DNA of 64,000 nt. It comes from Candidatus Cloacimonadota bacterium (lineage in GTDB: Bacteria; Cloacimonadota; Cloacimonadia; Cloacimonadales; TCS61). Under the pieces are notes generated by a model, which was given only the letters and a program-made list of their open reading frames with translations, did no database searches and had not been told where the DNA came from. Shown here piece by piece: positions 30,863 through 40,863 of this stretch. The stretch is from the NCBI GenBank assembly GCA_021735645.1, contig JAIPGP010000002.1:383-64382 (forward strand), in the 5' to 3' direction. Within the stretch, counting starts at the first letter, position 1, and every line of letters starts with the position of its first letter. Position numbers and translations under genes: made by a program.

Positions 30863-32329
30863 CTATGATTTTTCCAAACCAAGTTTTTCAACTTCAATTT
30901 TTTCGGCATGGCGTTTCTCGAGTTCAACCCGAACTTCATTTGCCTTTTCTTCAGTTAGATCATAATTACGCATCATTAAAATAGCGATCGTCGTACCCAG
31001 TATTGGAATTCCGGAATAAAAAATTCTCAATCCTGTTATTGCGTGCTCAGGTTGCGTAGCTGCTCCGGCATCAAATCCCACTACGGACATAATAACCCCA
31101 CTTAACAATCCTGCGATAGCGAAGCCAAACTTGACCATCCACCAGTAAATAGCGCCAAATACTCCTTCCCGACGTTTTCCTGAATTTAACTCATCCAGAT
31201 CCATAACGTCTGAAGTCATTGACATCATCAAAGTAAATAAACTTCCAATTCCAAAGGAAAAGAAAGGCAGTGCGAAAATAAACATATAAGGCTTTCCTGG
31301 TACAAAAAGAAACCACAACATGATATACCCGAAGATTGAGATACTTTGCGAGATGATGAATGCTCTTTTTTTACCCAATAACCTGGACATGCGAGCTACT
31401 GTGGGAATTACTAAAAATGTAGTTACGATTGAAGCCAGGCTGCCAAAAAGTGTAGGCCAAATACCAGCAGCTCCTGCATCTCCATCAAATAAATGATATA
31501 CTATAATAAAAAATGAAAACGCTGCGATAGTATTAAAGGCATTAAATATAAAAAAGGTGGATACACATAATTTTACAAACTGAGGAATCCTGAACGCTTC
31601 CTTAAAGTTTGAAAAAATTTCTACTAAACTGCTCCCGATTGCATGTAGATTAAGAGGAGAGTATTTTTCATTAACGGTCGATCTGCTTTTTATAAATATT
31701 GCTGGAACCATTGCAAGCAGCATACAGACTATCCCTACCCATATCGCAAGTGTCCTCGTAGCTACATCTGCCGAGGGGAACCAGTCCTTATCGTACATGA
31801 TGACCCAAAACCAGGGAGCAACAACCCATGCCCACTGCCCGATCCATTGGGCTACAGCCATAATGCTTGTTCGCTCGTGAAAATCGTTGCTCATCTCATA
31901 GCCCATTGCAACGTAAGGCACACTAAATATGGTCAGACCTAAATAGAAGACGAACGAAAAGAGCAGGAAATAGATAAAGTTATAATCGACTCCATTCTCA
32001 CGATACAATTGCCACATAACGATAAAGGCAATTCCCATGAGGATCGCACCAATGAAGACGTACTGTCTTCTTCTACCCCATTTCGATTTGGTGTTATCAG
32101 AAATATAGCCCATGATGGGGTCAGTGACAGCATCAAATACCCTGGGCAGGAAAAATATAACTCCCCACATCCAACCCGGGAAACCCAAATCCTGAACCAG
32201 GACAACCATAAATATACCGAGGACCGCAGGAAACATTTGATTGGCTAACATACCAATACCAAAAGCAACTTTCTGTCCGAATGGGACTAAATTTTTGCTT
32301 TTAGTTGATTCAACTATTTCTGTTTTCAT
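30863..32329 (-). CDS. MFS glycoside-pentoside-hexuronide (GPH) family sugar symporter
   Basis: About 12 TM segments; 'DAVTDPIMGYISDNTKSKWGRRR', 'D.DELNSGKRREGVF'. Confidence 0.92.
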   Translation of the reverse strand: MKTEIVESTKSKNLVPFGQKVAFGIGMLANQMFPAVLGIFMVVLVQDLGFPGWMWGVIFFLPRVFDAVTDPIMGYISDNTKSKWGRRRQYVFIGAILMGIAFIVMWQLYRENGVDYNFIYFLLFSFVFYLGLTIFSVPYVAMGYEMSNDFHERTSIMAVAQWIGQWAWVVAPWFWVIMYDKDWFPSADVATRTLAIWVGIVCMLLAMVPAIFIKSRSTVNEKYSPLNLHAIGSSLVEIFSNFKEAFRIPQFVKLCVSTFFIFNAFNTIAAFSFFIIVYHLFDGDAGAAGIWPTLFGSLASIVTTFLVIPTVARMSRLLGKKRAFIISQSISIFGYIMLWFLFVPGKPYMFIFALPFFSFGIGSLFTLMMSMTSDVMDLDELNSGKRREGVFGAIYWWMVKFGFAIAGLLSGVIMSVVGFDAGAATQPEHAITGLRIFYSGIPILGTTIAILMMRNYDLTEEKANEVRVELEKRHAEKIEVEKLGLEKS

Positions 32330-32344
32330 AATTTTCCTTCTTTA

Positions 32345-32470
32345 TTATTCTACTAAATAAATTACATGAAAATGCATCGTGCCGAAAAGCAGTGCTACCC
32401 CAGTATAAACTAATTCCTGTTTCAGAGATAACTTATCTTCTGTTTTTGTTTCGCTATGATTTTTACACAT
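32345..32470 (-). pseudogene. 41-aa ORF resembling the N-terminus of a second GPH/MFS transporter (remnant or microprotein)
   Basis: GAAGGGA RBS; MCKNHSETKTEDKLSLKQELVYTGVALLFGTMHFHVIYLVE, compared with the adjacent MFS start 'STKSKNLVPFGQKVAFGIGML'. Confidence 0.4.
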
Positions 32471-32488
32471 TTTTAATCCCTTCCATGA

Positions 32489-35488
32489 TTAATTTTTATA
32501 GAAGAATATGTTATCTACATAAACTGTACTGAGATCACCCGAAATGACCAATTGAGCAAGATGTGCTGTAGTAACCAGATTAGTAAAATCAGTCATGGGA
32601 ATATCAAATGATACCCAGGATCCTGTTTGTAATGCGGGAGTAGTATTAGCATCAAAAGTAAGTTCATGCTCCACATCGTCACCGCCACTCCAAGCACCAT
32701 CAGCACCGAAATCTACCAGCTTGATCTTAAATACTGCTGGAGCTGCCGTTGGATCAGGTGTCCAGATATCCATATGGAAGTAGGTCATTTCTGAACCATC
32801 AATGGTTTGTGAAGTAAACTCAATTCCTGCAAACACAAGATTTGTATAAAGCTTCACATCATCACCAGCAACTTGAAGGTCACTAACATCAGCCTGATCC
32901 CAGTCTGCTGACCAGGTATCTACAGGAACATCAGTATATGCATCGCTAAAAAGTGAGATCACATTAACCTCAGATTGTGAAGGAGAAGGAGCAGCGACTT
33001 CCGGTGAATCAGGACTTCCTGATTCTATGTCAGCTGTATCACTTTTTATAATACCATTGCCATCAGTATATATAGCTGTTAGAGTACCACCTGCTGTAAT
33101 TGCGATTGTGTCTGTAGCATCATCAGTAGGACCAAAATTCAAGCTACCTGTTCCTATACCCATTGCGTCGAGTATAATATCAACACTGATTGTTTCCGTG
33201 CCGTTATCTACAGTTACATTAACTGTATTTCCTGCCGCAGACCCATCATCCACTGAAATCACTGCTCCAGTGGCATCATTTGCATAACTGCCGGCATCAA
33301 AGGAGACACTACTCGCGGCAGCACCTTCTCCATTCCAGTAGATATCATCAAGGGCAAACTCACATTGGGTGCCATCTTGTTCTAATATCATAAATTCATA
33401 TTCTAATATCGCCAGATTCACATTCCCTTTGATTTCATCTACAGGAATGCTTGCCTGTCCCCAGTCGCCATCTCTAACCAGACCAAAGGCAGTTTGATTT
33501 GCCGGAAAACTCACATAATTCTCGTTGCCAGCGGTATCCTTTATCCCAATTTTAAAGGTCACATTAGCAGGAATCTTGATCATGAATTTTATATTGCCAT
33601 CAGCAAATTCTGAAAGATCTCCCGGAATATTTGAACTGATCCCGCCGCCAAACCAGCCTATTCCGGTTGTTAACCATGATATTACATTCTCACCCTCATA
33701 AGGTAGTATTGTCCCTGCAGTAAGGGTATTTTCCCATACAAATATCTCAGCATCTACTCCAACTTCCAAACCATCATCCACTGGGGTTTCATCTGTAAAT
33801 ATTCCATAATTACCAGTAGGTTCAGCGCTACTTTCAATTTCAGCTGTAGCAGTTTTCACATTTCCATTAAAATCTAAATAATTAGCAATTATTGATCCAC
33901 CGGCAGTAATAGCAATTGTATCTGTGGCATCATCTGTAGGACCAAAATTCACTGTACCTGTCCCCATACCCATTGCATCAAGCACAAATTCAATACTAAT
34001 TGATTCTGTCTCGTTATCCACACTTACAGAAACTGTATTTCCCGCTGCAGCCAGGTCATCTACTGTGATCACTGCACCAGTGGCTTCAATTGCATAGCTG
34101 TCTGCATCAAAGGCAACACTGCTGGGTACAGATCCGCCACCAGCCCAGTAAATATCATCAAGGGCAAATTCACATTGTGCTCCATTTTGTTCTAAGATGA
34201 TAAATTCGTAGTCCAGTATCTCCAGATCTACACTTCCTTTGATCTCATCTACGGGTATAGTCGCCTGTCCCCATTCACCATCTCTAACCAGACCAAAGAC
34301 AGTTTCATTTGCCGGGAATATTACATAATTCTCATTGCCATCCGTATCGTTTATTCCTATTTTAAAGGTCACATCGGCTGGTATCTTGATCATGAATTTT
34401 ATATTACCGTAGGCAAATTTTGAAAGGTCTACCGGGTATGATGAACTAATACCACCCCCAAACCAGCCTACTCCATTAGTTGTCCAGGATATTACATTTG
34501 ATCCCTCATAAGGGTCTATTGATCCCCCGGAAAGCGTATTTTCCCAGACATATATCTCAGCATTCATCCCAACCTGTAAACCTGCATCAACCGGGGTCTC
34601 ATCTGTAAATAATCCATAAGTTTCTATTACCGGCTGGTAAACATGCACCCAATCAACATACATCGACTGGTTCCACTGCGTAGTCTCATCTGGACTGCCA
34701 CCCAGATTGCCACCTACTGCCACATTAAAGATTAAGAAAAATTTTCTTAAAAATTCATCCATGCCTGCTGGATCTATTGCCCTGACAAAATAGGTAATAT
34801 CATCTATCTTACCAATTACCCGTTGCTCATCCCATTCTAATTCATATATATGATAGTCGTCAGTGAGTGAATAGCTTAATTCCCGTGCTGCACCATCGGA
34901 ATCATGATATTCGCCTGCCTCATTCCACCAGTGGAGCGTGAACATGGTAGTATTATCATTATGATATATGGGGCTCATCTCCATGATGTCTATCTCGCCA
35001 CATTGAGGCCAGCCTATGGTATCATAACTGTTGCCCAGCATCCAGAATGCGGGCCACATACCCATACCGCTCGGTGGCTTGATCCGTGCCTTCACTTTGC
35101 CGAATTTAAACGAAAACTTATCTTTGGTGTTCACTCGTGCTGAGGTGATGGAGCCATCACGCTTGCCCGCCTCAGAATAATTTACCGAATCCCACACTGC
35201 TGTGATAACCAGGTTGCCATCTTCCACTCTCACGTTTTCTGGCTCGCTGGTATAAAGCTGCCATTCATCATTACCCCAGCCGTCTCCACCATAACCTGTG
35301 TCATATCCCCATTTGCCTGCATCAAGACTAGCGTCCGTCTGGTTAAATTCATCAAACCAGACCAATTCATAATTCTCATTATCTATATTATCTGGAATTG
35401 TGTCGGGCTGGGTAACCTGATCACAACCGCTAAAGATAAATAATGAAAATGCTGCCAGAACAATTAAACTGAAAATCTTATTTATCAT
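32489..35488 (-). CDS. GH16 laminarinase-type lipoprotein with repeated C-terminal accessory modules
   Basis: ATG 35488 after GGAGG; lipobox FSGC; 'GWGNDEWQLY', 'WPAFWMLG', 'WPQCGEIDIME'; two tandem 'YG.FTDETPV...CEFALDDIYW' repeats plus a final module shared with the 1480-aa protein. Confidence 0.9.
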   Translation of the reverse strand: MINKIFSLIVLAAFSLFIFSGCDQVTQPDTIPDNIDNENYELVWFDEFNQTDASLDAGKWGYDTGYGGDGWGNDEWQLYTSEPENVRVEDGNLVITAVWDSVNYSEAGKRDGSITSARVNTKDKFSFKFGKVKARIKPPSGMGMWPAFWMLGNSYDTIGWPQCGEIDIMEMSPIYHNDNTTMFTLHWWNEAGEYHDSDGAARELSYSLTDDYHIYELEWDEQRVIGKIDDITYFVRAIDPAGMDEFLRKFFLIFNVAVGGNLGGSPDETTQWNQSMYVDWVHVYQPVIETYGLFTDETPVDAGLQVGMNAEIYVWENTLSGGSIDPYEGSNVISWTTNGVGWFGGGISSSYPVDLSKFAYGNIKFMIKIPADVTFKIGINDTDGNENYVIFPANETVFGLVRDGEWGQATIPVDEIKGSVDLEILDYEFIILEQNGAQCEFALDDIYWAGGGSVPSSVAFDADSYAIEATGAVITVDDLAAAGNTVSVSVDNETESISIEFVLDAMGMGTGTVNFGPTDDATDTIAITAGGSIIANYLDFNGNVKTATAEIESSAEPTGNYGIFTDETPVDDGLEVGVDAEIFVWENTLTAGTILPYEGENVISWLTTGIGWFGGGISSNIPGDLSEFADGNIKFMIKIPANVTFKIGIKDTAGNENYVSFPANQTAFGLVRDGDWGQASIPVDEIKGNVNLAILEYEFMILEQDGTQCEFALDDIYWNGEGAAASSVSFDAGSYANDATGAVISVDDGSAAGNTVNVTVDNGTETISVDIILDAMGIGTGSLNFGPTDDATDTIAITAGGTLTAIYTDGNGIIKSDTADIESGSPDSPEVAAPSPSQSEVNVISLFSDAYTDVPVDTWSADWDQADVSDLQVAGDDVKLYTNLVFAGIEFTSQTIDGSEMTYFHMDIWTPDPTAAPAVFKIKLVDFGADGAWSGGDDVEHELTFDANTTPALQTGSWVSFDIPMTDFTNLVTTAHLAQLVISGDLSTVYVDNIFFYKN

Positions 35489-35547
35489 CGTAACCTCCCT
35501 TATCATTCTTATATTTTATTACCAATTTCCCATCAAACAATCATCTG

Positions 35548-35590
35548 ATTGCTATATAGCAATATCAACCAGATACTGTTTTCCTGTCAA
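35548..35590 (-). promoter_or_regulatory. Operator palindrome and -35 box for the leftward glucan operon
   Basis: Perfect palindrome ATTGCTATATAGCAAT (35548-35563) downstream of minus-strand TTGACA (35585-35590). Confidence 0.75.
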
Positions 35591-35694
35591 GTAATTTATT
35601 ATTTTATCATATTTATCTATGCTGCCATCTCTGTCTTATACCACTTATAATTGTTTTCTTGACGTAATTATAGTTTTCAATATTTTGGTGTTTG

Positions 35695-35710
35695 ACTGCT
35701 TTATAGCAGT
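35695..35710 (+). promoter_or_regulatory. Operator variant upstream of the regulator (autoregulation)
   Basis: ACTGCTTTATAGCAGT, a variant of the TGCTATATAGCA core. Confidence 0.6.
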
Positions 35711-35802
35711 TTCTTATAGTGCCATAGAATATAGTCGGCACCGTATTCTATGCTATAAATATAGTGAGCAGGAAATTGTGTCGGTAATTAAAAAGGGGAA
35801 CA

Positions 35803-36861
35803 GTGAAAATGACAAAAAGTCTTCCTAAATATATTAAAGTTAAAAATAAAATAAAAGAAGATATCAAAAACGGCAAAATCGTTGATAAACTCCCTGGTGA
35901 ACGTGTTCTTGCCACCGAATTTGACGTTGCCTACATGACAGTAAGAAAGGCTTTGATGGAACTTCAGGAAGAAGGTATTCTGCATAGATCCACCACAAAA
36001 GGAACTTATGTAAGTCACAGCAAAATGAGTCCCAAAGTAACAAAAAACATCGGGTTCTTCCTCGATGATAAGATAGACGAAGGAATTTCCAGTCCCTACT
36101 ATTCCCTCATCTTTAAAGCTCTCAAAAAAGCAGCGAAAGATGAAGGCTATAACCTGCTTATCTATTCTGATACTGATGATATGAACCCCATAAATGACCA
36201 GAAAAGAATTGACGGCAGCATTATCTGCTGCTTCCCTCGCATTGAGTATAAAATTCAGGAACTTAAGAAATTCATTCCGATTGTGCTTTTAGATAATATG
36301 GCTTCCGATAAATCCATCCCCTCAGTGACAATAGATAATTTTAACAGTGTCTTTGACTCCACAAAATACCTCATTTCACTGGGTCATGAGCGGATTGGGT
36401 TTATTTCAGGACTGATGGATTCTGATATCTGCAAAGACAGGCTGCATGGCTATCTTAGTGCTTTGAATAATAACAATCTTCATTTGGACAAAGCTCTGGT
36501 CTATAAAGGTGATTATTCCTATGCCTCAGGAGAAAAAGCTGCCAGATATTTCCTCTCTCAAAAAGTTCCACCCTCTGCCATTATGTGCGCTAATGACTCC
36601 ATGGCAATTGGTGCCATGAAAATTATACAGGAACTGGGTTTCAGTATCCCAAAAAATATTAGTGTAGTTGGTTTTGATGATATCGAAGTTGCTTCCAGGG
36701 TTTTCCCTACTCTCACTACAAATGCTGCACCCATTGACGATATTGCCCGGAAATCACTTGATCTGCTCATCTCTGCCATTAATGGTAAAAATATAGAATT
36801 TCAGCACATTATCCTCCCCGCAAAACTCGTACTTAGAGATTCATCAACAAATATAAAATAA
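35803..36861 (+). CDS. GntR-wHTH / LacI sugar-binding-domain transcriptional regulator (AraR-like architecture)
   Basis: N-terminal 'KLPGERVLATEFDVAYMTVRKALMEL..EG'; C-terminal 'LGHERIGFI', 'CANDSMAIG', 'SVVGFDD', 'PTLTT'. Confidence 0.92.
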   Translation: MKMTKSLPKYIKVKNKIKEDIKNGKIVDKLPGERVLATEFDVAYMTVRKALMELQEEGILHRSTTKGTYVSHSKMSPKVTKNIGFFLDDKIDEGISSPYYSLIFKALKKAAKDEGYNLLIYSDTDDMNPINDQKRIDGSIICCFPRIEYKIQELKKFIPIVLLDNMASDKSIPSVTIDNFNSVFDSTKYLISLGHERIGFISGLMDSDICKDRLHGYLSALNNNNLHLDKALVYKGDYSYASGEKAARYFLSQKVPPSAIMCANDSMAIGAMKIIQELGFSIPKNISVVGFDDIEVASRVFPTLTTNAAPIDDIARKSLDLLISAINGKNIEFQHIILPAKLVLRDSSTNIK

Positions 36862-36931
36862 TACTCTCTCCCCATTAGCAAAATTATCTAAATAGACCCA
36901 AGGCTGCTATACTGGTTAAATACATATTATA

Positions 36932-36967
36932 TATAGGACTTATAGGTATTATAGGACTTATAGGGCG
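36932..36967. repeat. 9-bp tandem repeat (TATAGGWCY family), array 1
   Basis: TATAGGACT TATAGGTAT TATAGGACT TATAGGGCG. Confidence 0.75.
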
Positions 36968-36986
36968 GCAAGCTGAAAAAAATATC

Positions 36987-37025
36987 TTGACAGAAAACAG
37001 TGTCTGACAATTGCTATATAGCAGT
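36987..37025 (+). promoter_or_regulatory. -35 box and operator palindrome for the rightward glucan operon
   Basis: TTGACA (36987-36992) GAAAACAGTGTCTG followed by ATTGCTATATAGCAGT (37010-37025). Confidence 0.75.
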
Positions 37026-37090
37026 CAGTGGTGTTTCACAGAACTAGGAAAAAATATATAAAAAAAGCCAATAATGAATGGAGGGTTAGT

Positions 37091-40000
37091 ATGAATGAAT
37101 TAGTAAGAGCCGTAAAGGAGAAGAGGTTTCTTGTCCTGTTTGCACTGCTCCAGATTTTGTTTTTCACAACCGCAGTATTTGCACAGTTACCGGATAAAGT
37201 AGCAACATTTAAAGATGAAAATGGCTGGAAGCTTATGGTTAACGGTCAGGATTATTTTGTAAAAGGAGTAGTGTGGGGTTATACACCAATAGGTGAGAAT
37301 TACGCCTACAATTTATATGGAAACACTGACGAGCAAATCGAGAAAGTGCTTGATTATGAATGTAATTTAATGAAAGCAGCGGGCATCAATACCATACGCT
37401 GTTTTGGTCTAATTCCGCCCCGCTGGGTAAGTTATATGTATAATAAGCATGGTATCATGACGATTGTGAATCATCTTATGGGCAGATATGGTTATAATGT
37501 AGGGGGAGTATGGACTCCTCAGACCAATTATTCTGATGAACTCACGCGTCAGACCTTGAAGCAGGACATCGTGGAACTGGTAAAAAAGTATAAGGATACT
37601 CCCGGAGTGATCATGTTTGCTTTGGGAAATGAGAGTAATTATGGATTGGAATGGTCGAGCTTTGAGATCGAGAATCTTCCGGTAGGAGAGCGTCATAAGG
37701 AAAAAGCGAAATCACTTTACAGCTTATTTAATGAGATCATCGCAGCGGGTAAAGAGGTAGATACTAATCATCCATTCATGATCGTTAATGGAGATATTCA
37801 GTATCTTGATCTAATCGTGCAATACTGTCCTGATCTTGATATCCTGGGTGTGAATGCTTATCGCGGGATAAGTTTTACTGATATGTGGAGCAGGGTTAAT
37901 AAGGAACTTGGTTTACCGGTACTGCTGACAGAGTTTGGTTCTGATGCCTTTAATGCTGTTACTTATAAGGAAGATCAGTCAGGACAGGCTAATATTCTCA
38001 AGGGTAACTGGCAGGAGATTTATAATAAGAGCTATGGCAAAAATGAAGAAGGCAATGCCTTAGGTGGCTGCGTGTTTGAATGGCGCGATGAGTGGTGGAA
38101 ATACCTGCAGACCGAAAACCTGACAGTTCAGGACAAGCATGCATCCTGGAGTAATGGTGGCTATAATTTTGATTTTGTGCAGGGCAAGAATAATATGAAT
38201 GAAGAGTGGTATGGTATCTGCCGGCTGGGTGGACCCAATGCCGATAGAGTTTACCAGGCAGAACCCAGAATGGCTTATGATGTGCTGGCAAAAATCTGGG
38301 CAATAGATATCTATGATGTAGATAAAACTGAAATGAATGCTGAAATTGATAATATTGATATGAAGCTTCTGGAAATTGGCGGTGAAGTAAGCTTATTGAA
38401 CAGCCAATTCTCTGGAATGAACAAATTCCGCCTGACTGGTGGTAGTTTGAGTGGTGATATGACCTTTAGCGGAATATCACTTGATGTTGAAAATAATGGT
38501 AAGAATGGGGTTGATTTCTCTAATGGTGAAATGATTGATCTGGATTTTGAATTTCAGCCTACGAACCACATTTCTGGTAATTTCACAATTAATATCCTGG
38601 GTAATGTAGCAGATAAGCCACTTGAGCAATATTATGGCAAGCGGGGATTATCCTATATCACAGTGGAAACGGAAATAAACGATGCCGGCATGGAAGTGAC
38701 GACTTCACGGGAAATTACTGATGCTGAAAGAATAGAAATTTATGATTTTGATGCTCTTTATAGTACTGATGGATTTGATTTACGGGCATTTTATCATGTA
38801 CCACGTTATCACTGGGGTTATAAGGGAGATATTTACGGACTGCTTTATGAAGCCACAGATATGGAAGGTATGGATATCTGGAATGCCAAAGCACCTTATG
38901 GGTTTGAATTTACGGGTAAGCAGACTCTTAATGGTCTCACAGTATTAGCAGGACCTGAGGTTTACTGGGGAGCAAATCCCAAAGCGTTAGTTAAATATGA
39001 TTTTGGTTTCAAAGGGTTTGATTTCACGCTGATCCACGCAGAAGATTTTTCACGCGCAGATGCTTCATCTACGGCTACGGAATCTACTGAACGGGCAACG
39101 CGTCAAACAGCGCTTTCACTTAAGACTAATATCATACCCCGTACTACTTTGGAATTGGGTTATCTGATGTCAGGCACAGAAAAGCTGGATGAAGAATATG
39201 ATTATTATGAAGATGGAAATATTTATGAAGATAAGATAGAACTTAAGGATACCCAGGGAGCAAGAGCAAAGATAACCTATAATACCGGATTTGGGCTTAT
39301 AGATGTTTCTGCTAATTATGCAGGTCTGGTAGCTGATGGTGGAAATCCGCTGCGCGAATTTAATACCACTATCCCCTATTCATCACTGGGTAATAAACTG
39401 GAATTTGTAGGTGGCATGCTGATCCCGATCGGAAATGTCTGGCTGCTACCGCGCGGATTATATCGCACAAATCTGATTGATTCCAATCCTATCATAGATT
39501 CTTACATTGAAGGCTCACAATTATATCCGGGCATTAGTCCCCGTAATCGTGATGATGATCCCTTTGCTGTTCTGGATAATAGAGAAACCGTTTCCGGAGA
39601 ATTCTTTATCACTTATGATCCCACTCCCGCCAGTGATTTTTATGCCTGGGACGCAGATAAAAGAGAAGATGCCGGTTTTGCTTTCAGTATAGGCGGGAAT
39701 TTCACCAGCTATAAAAAAGATGCTGATGCTGATATGTTCTTTTATCAGGAAGGTAATACAAATGCCTCCTTTGGCGTGGGAATGCCTGCCGAAGATGTCT
39801 GGCTGGCAAAAGGCAGATTTATCCTGAATCCCAGTCCCAATTTCAAATTGATCACCAATCTGGAAGCCGGGAAACAACAGGCAACTGGTAATCCTGATGG
39901 CGATGCTGCAGAGCTTATGTCTCTGGATGCTAAAATGATCTTTAATAAGAAATATTACCTTTCCGGTTATGCTAAAAAAGATGCCTGGGGTCCCTATGAC

Positions 40001-40213
40001 TGGTATCGCCAGTTTAATATCACCTATCCCCTGCAATTTAAACTTGATTATTCTATTCTGATCGATAATATGCTTGATGGTCTGCTTTCCAGCCGGATAG
40101 GAATTAATTCCATCTTTAGAACTCTGGATGAGAATTCACCAACCAATGAGGGCGATGGTGTTGATAGTGATTATGAATTCCAGGCTGGAATTTACTACAG
40201 CATTGAATTTTAA
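37091..40213 (+). CDS. GH2-like TIM-barrel glycosidase domain fused to a large putative outer-membrane beta-barrel
   Basis: ATG 37091 after GGAGGG; signal peptide; 'GINTIR', 'ALGNESNY', 'GVNAYRG', 'LLTEFGSDA', 'FEWRDEWWK'. The C-terminal ~600 aa has alternating hydrophobic strands and ends 'YEFQAGIYYSIEF'. Confidence 0.7.
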   Translation: MNELVRAVKEKRFLVLFALLQILFFTTAVFAQLPDKVATFKDENGWKLMVNGQDYFVKGVVWGYTPIGENYAYNLYGNTDEQIEKVLDYECNLMKAAGINTIRCFGLIPPRWVSYMYNKHGIMTIVNHLMGRYGYNVGGVWTPQTNYSDELTRQTLKQDIVELVKKYKDTPGVIMFALGNESNYGLEWSSFEIENLPVGERHKEKAKSLYSLFNEIIAAGKEVDTNHPFMIVNGDIQYLDLIVQYCPDLDILGVNAYRGISFTDMWSRVNKELGLPVLLTEFGSDAFNAVTYKEDQSGQANILKGNWQEIYNKSYGKNEEGNALGGCVFEWRDEWWKYLQTENLTVQDKHASWSNGGYNFDFVQGKNNMNEEWYGICRLGGPNADRVYQAEPRMAYDVLAKIWAIDIYDVDKTEMNAEIDNIDMKLLEIGGEVSLLNSQFSGMNKFRLTGGSLSGDMTFSGISLDVENNGKNGVDFSNGEMIDLDFEFQPTNHISGNFTINILGNVADKPLEQYYGKRGLSYITVETEINDAGMEVTTSREITDAERIEIYDFDALYSTDGFDLRAFYHVPRYHWGYKGDIYGLLYEATDMEGMDIWNAKAPYGFEFTGKQTLNGLTVLAGPEVYWGANPKALVKYDFGFKGFDFTLIHAEDFSRADASSTATESTERATRQTALSLKTNIIPRTTLELGYLMSGTEKLDEEYDYYEDGNIYEDKIELKDTQGARAKITYNTGFGLIDVSANYAGLVADGGNPLREFNTTIPYSSLGNKLEFVGGMLIPIGNVWLLPRGLYRTNLIDSNPIIDSYIEGSQLYPGISPRNRDDDPFAVLDNRETVSGEFFITYDPTPASDFYAWDADKREDAGFAFSIGGNFTSYKKDADADMFFYQEGNTNASFGVGMPAEDVWLAKGRFILNPSPNFKLITNLEAGKQQATGNPDGDAAELMSLDAKMIFNKKYYLSGYAKKDAWGPYDWYRQFNITYPLQFKLDYSILIDNMLDGLLSSRIGINSIFRTLDENSPTNEGDGVDSDYEFQAGIYYSIEF

Positions 40214-40223
40214 GGAGTTAATT

Positions 40224-40838
40224 ATGAAAAATATAATCTTATTTGTTCTACTCAGCCTGTTGATTGTAACTTTTATAGGCTGCGATGCCAAAAATGGCAC
40301 TATTTTAGAATATGAGCAGCTTCCTACTGACTCTACCTTAACTTTATATAGTGAAAATGAAGGCATTTATCCTGACACTAATGTGCTTAATGATCCTGAA
40401 AATCCTTATGCTAATACTGCAATTAGTATGGATAGCGTTTGGGTTTTTAATGATAACTGTCCTTCACCAAAGGCTAAATTCTATCTTTGGGCTACCATGC
40501 TGGCACGAATAACTTATGGTGAATATCAGTATATGACAGCTCAGGCACTGCACGAGCTTTATACTGCCGGCGGCAGTGAAAATGCCAGAAATCAGGCAAT
40601 AAAAGCCTATCGCGCAACATTGGATCACTTCTTTGATTCAGTTACCTGGTGGCAATGGAATCCAGGAGACCCCTATCACGCTGTTCTGCTCAGAGAACTA
40701 GCTGCCGATTTTCTCTATGACCCCATAGACAATGGACGACTGCCATTATATACTACTCCGGCAAAAGCTTTGGCTGATATAAGTGAATGGGGATATGTAT
40801 ATAATCCTGATACAGGTGTTGTTTCAAGAAGAAATTAG
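40224..40838 (+). CDS. Lipoprotein of unknown function
   Basis: ATG 40224 after AAGGAG; lipobox FIGC; Trp/Tyr-rich helical body. Confidence 0.75.
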   Translation: MKNIILFVLLSLLIVTFIGCDAKNGTILEYEQLPTDSTLTLYSENEGIYPDTNVLNDPENPYANTAISMDSVWVFNDNCPSPKAKFYLWATMLARITYGEYQYMTAQALHELYTAGGSENARNQAIKAYRATLDHFFDSVTWWQWNPGDPYHAVLLRELAADFLYDPIDNGRLPLYTTPAKALADISEWGYVYNPDTGVVSRRN

Positions 40839-40863
40839 TGGGAAATTAACCGGGAGTATAAAT

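Noticed and set aside
23960-33000. Near-identical repeats as a diversity-generating retroelement TR/VR pair
   Set aside because: Both copies are coding, differences are not confined to adenines, and no reverse transcriptase is present.
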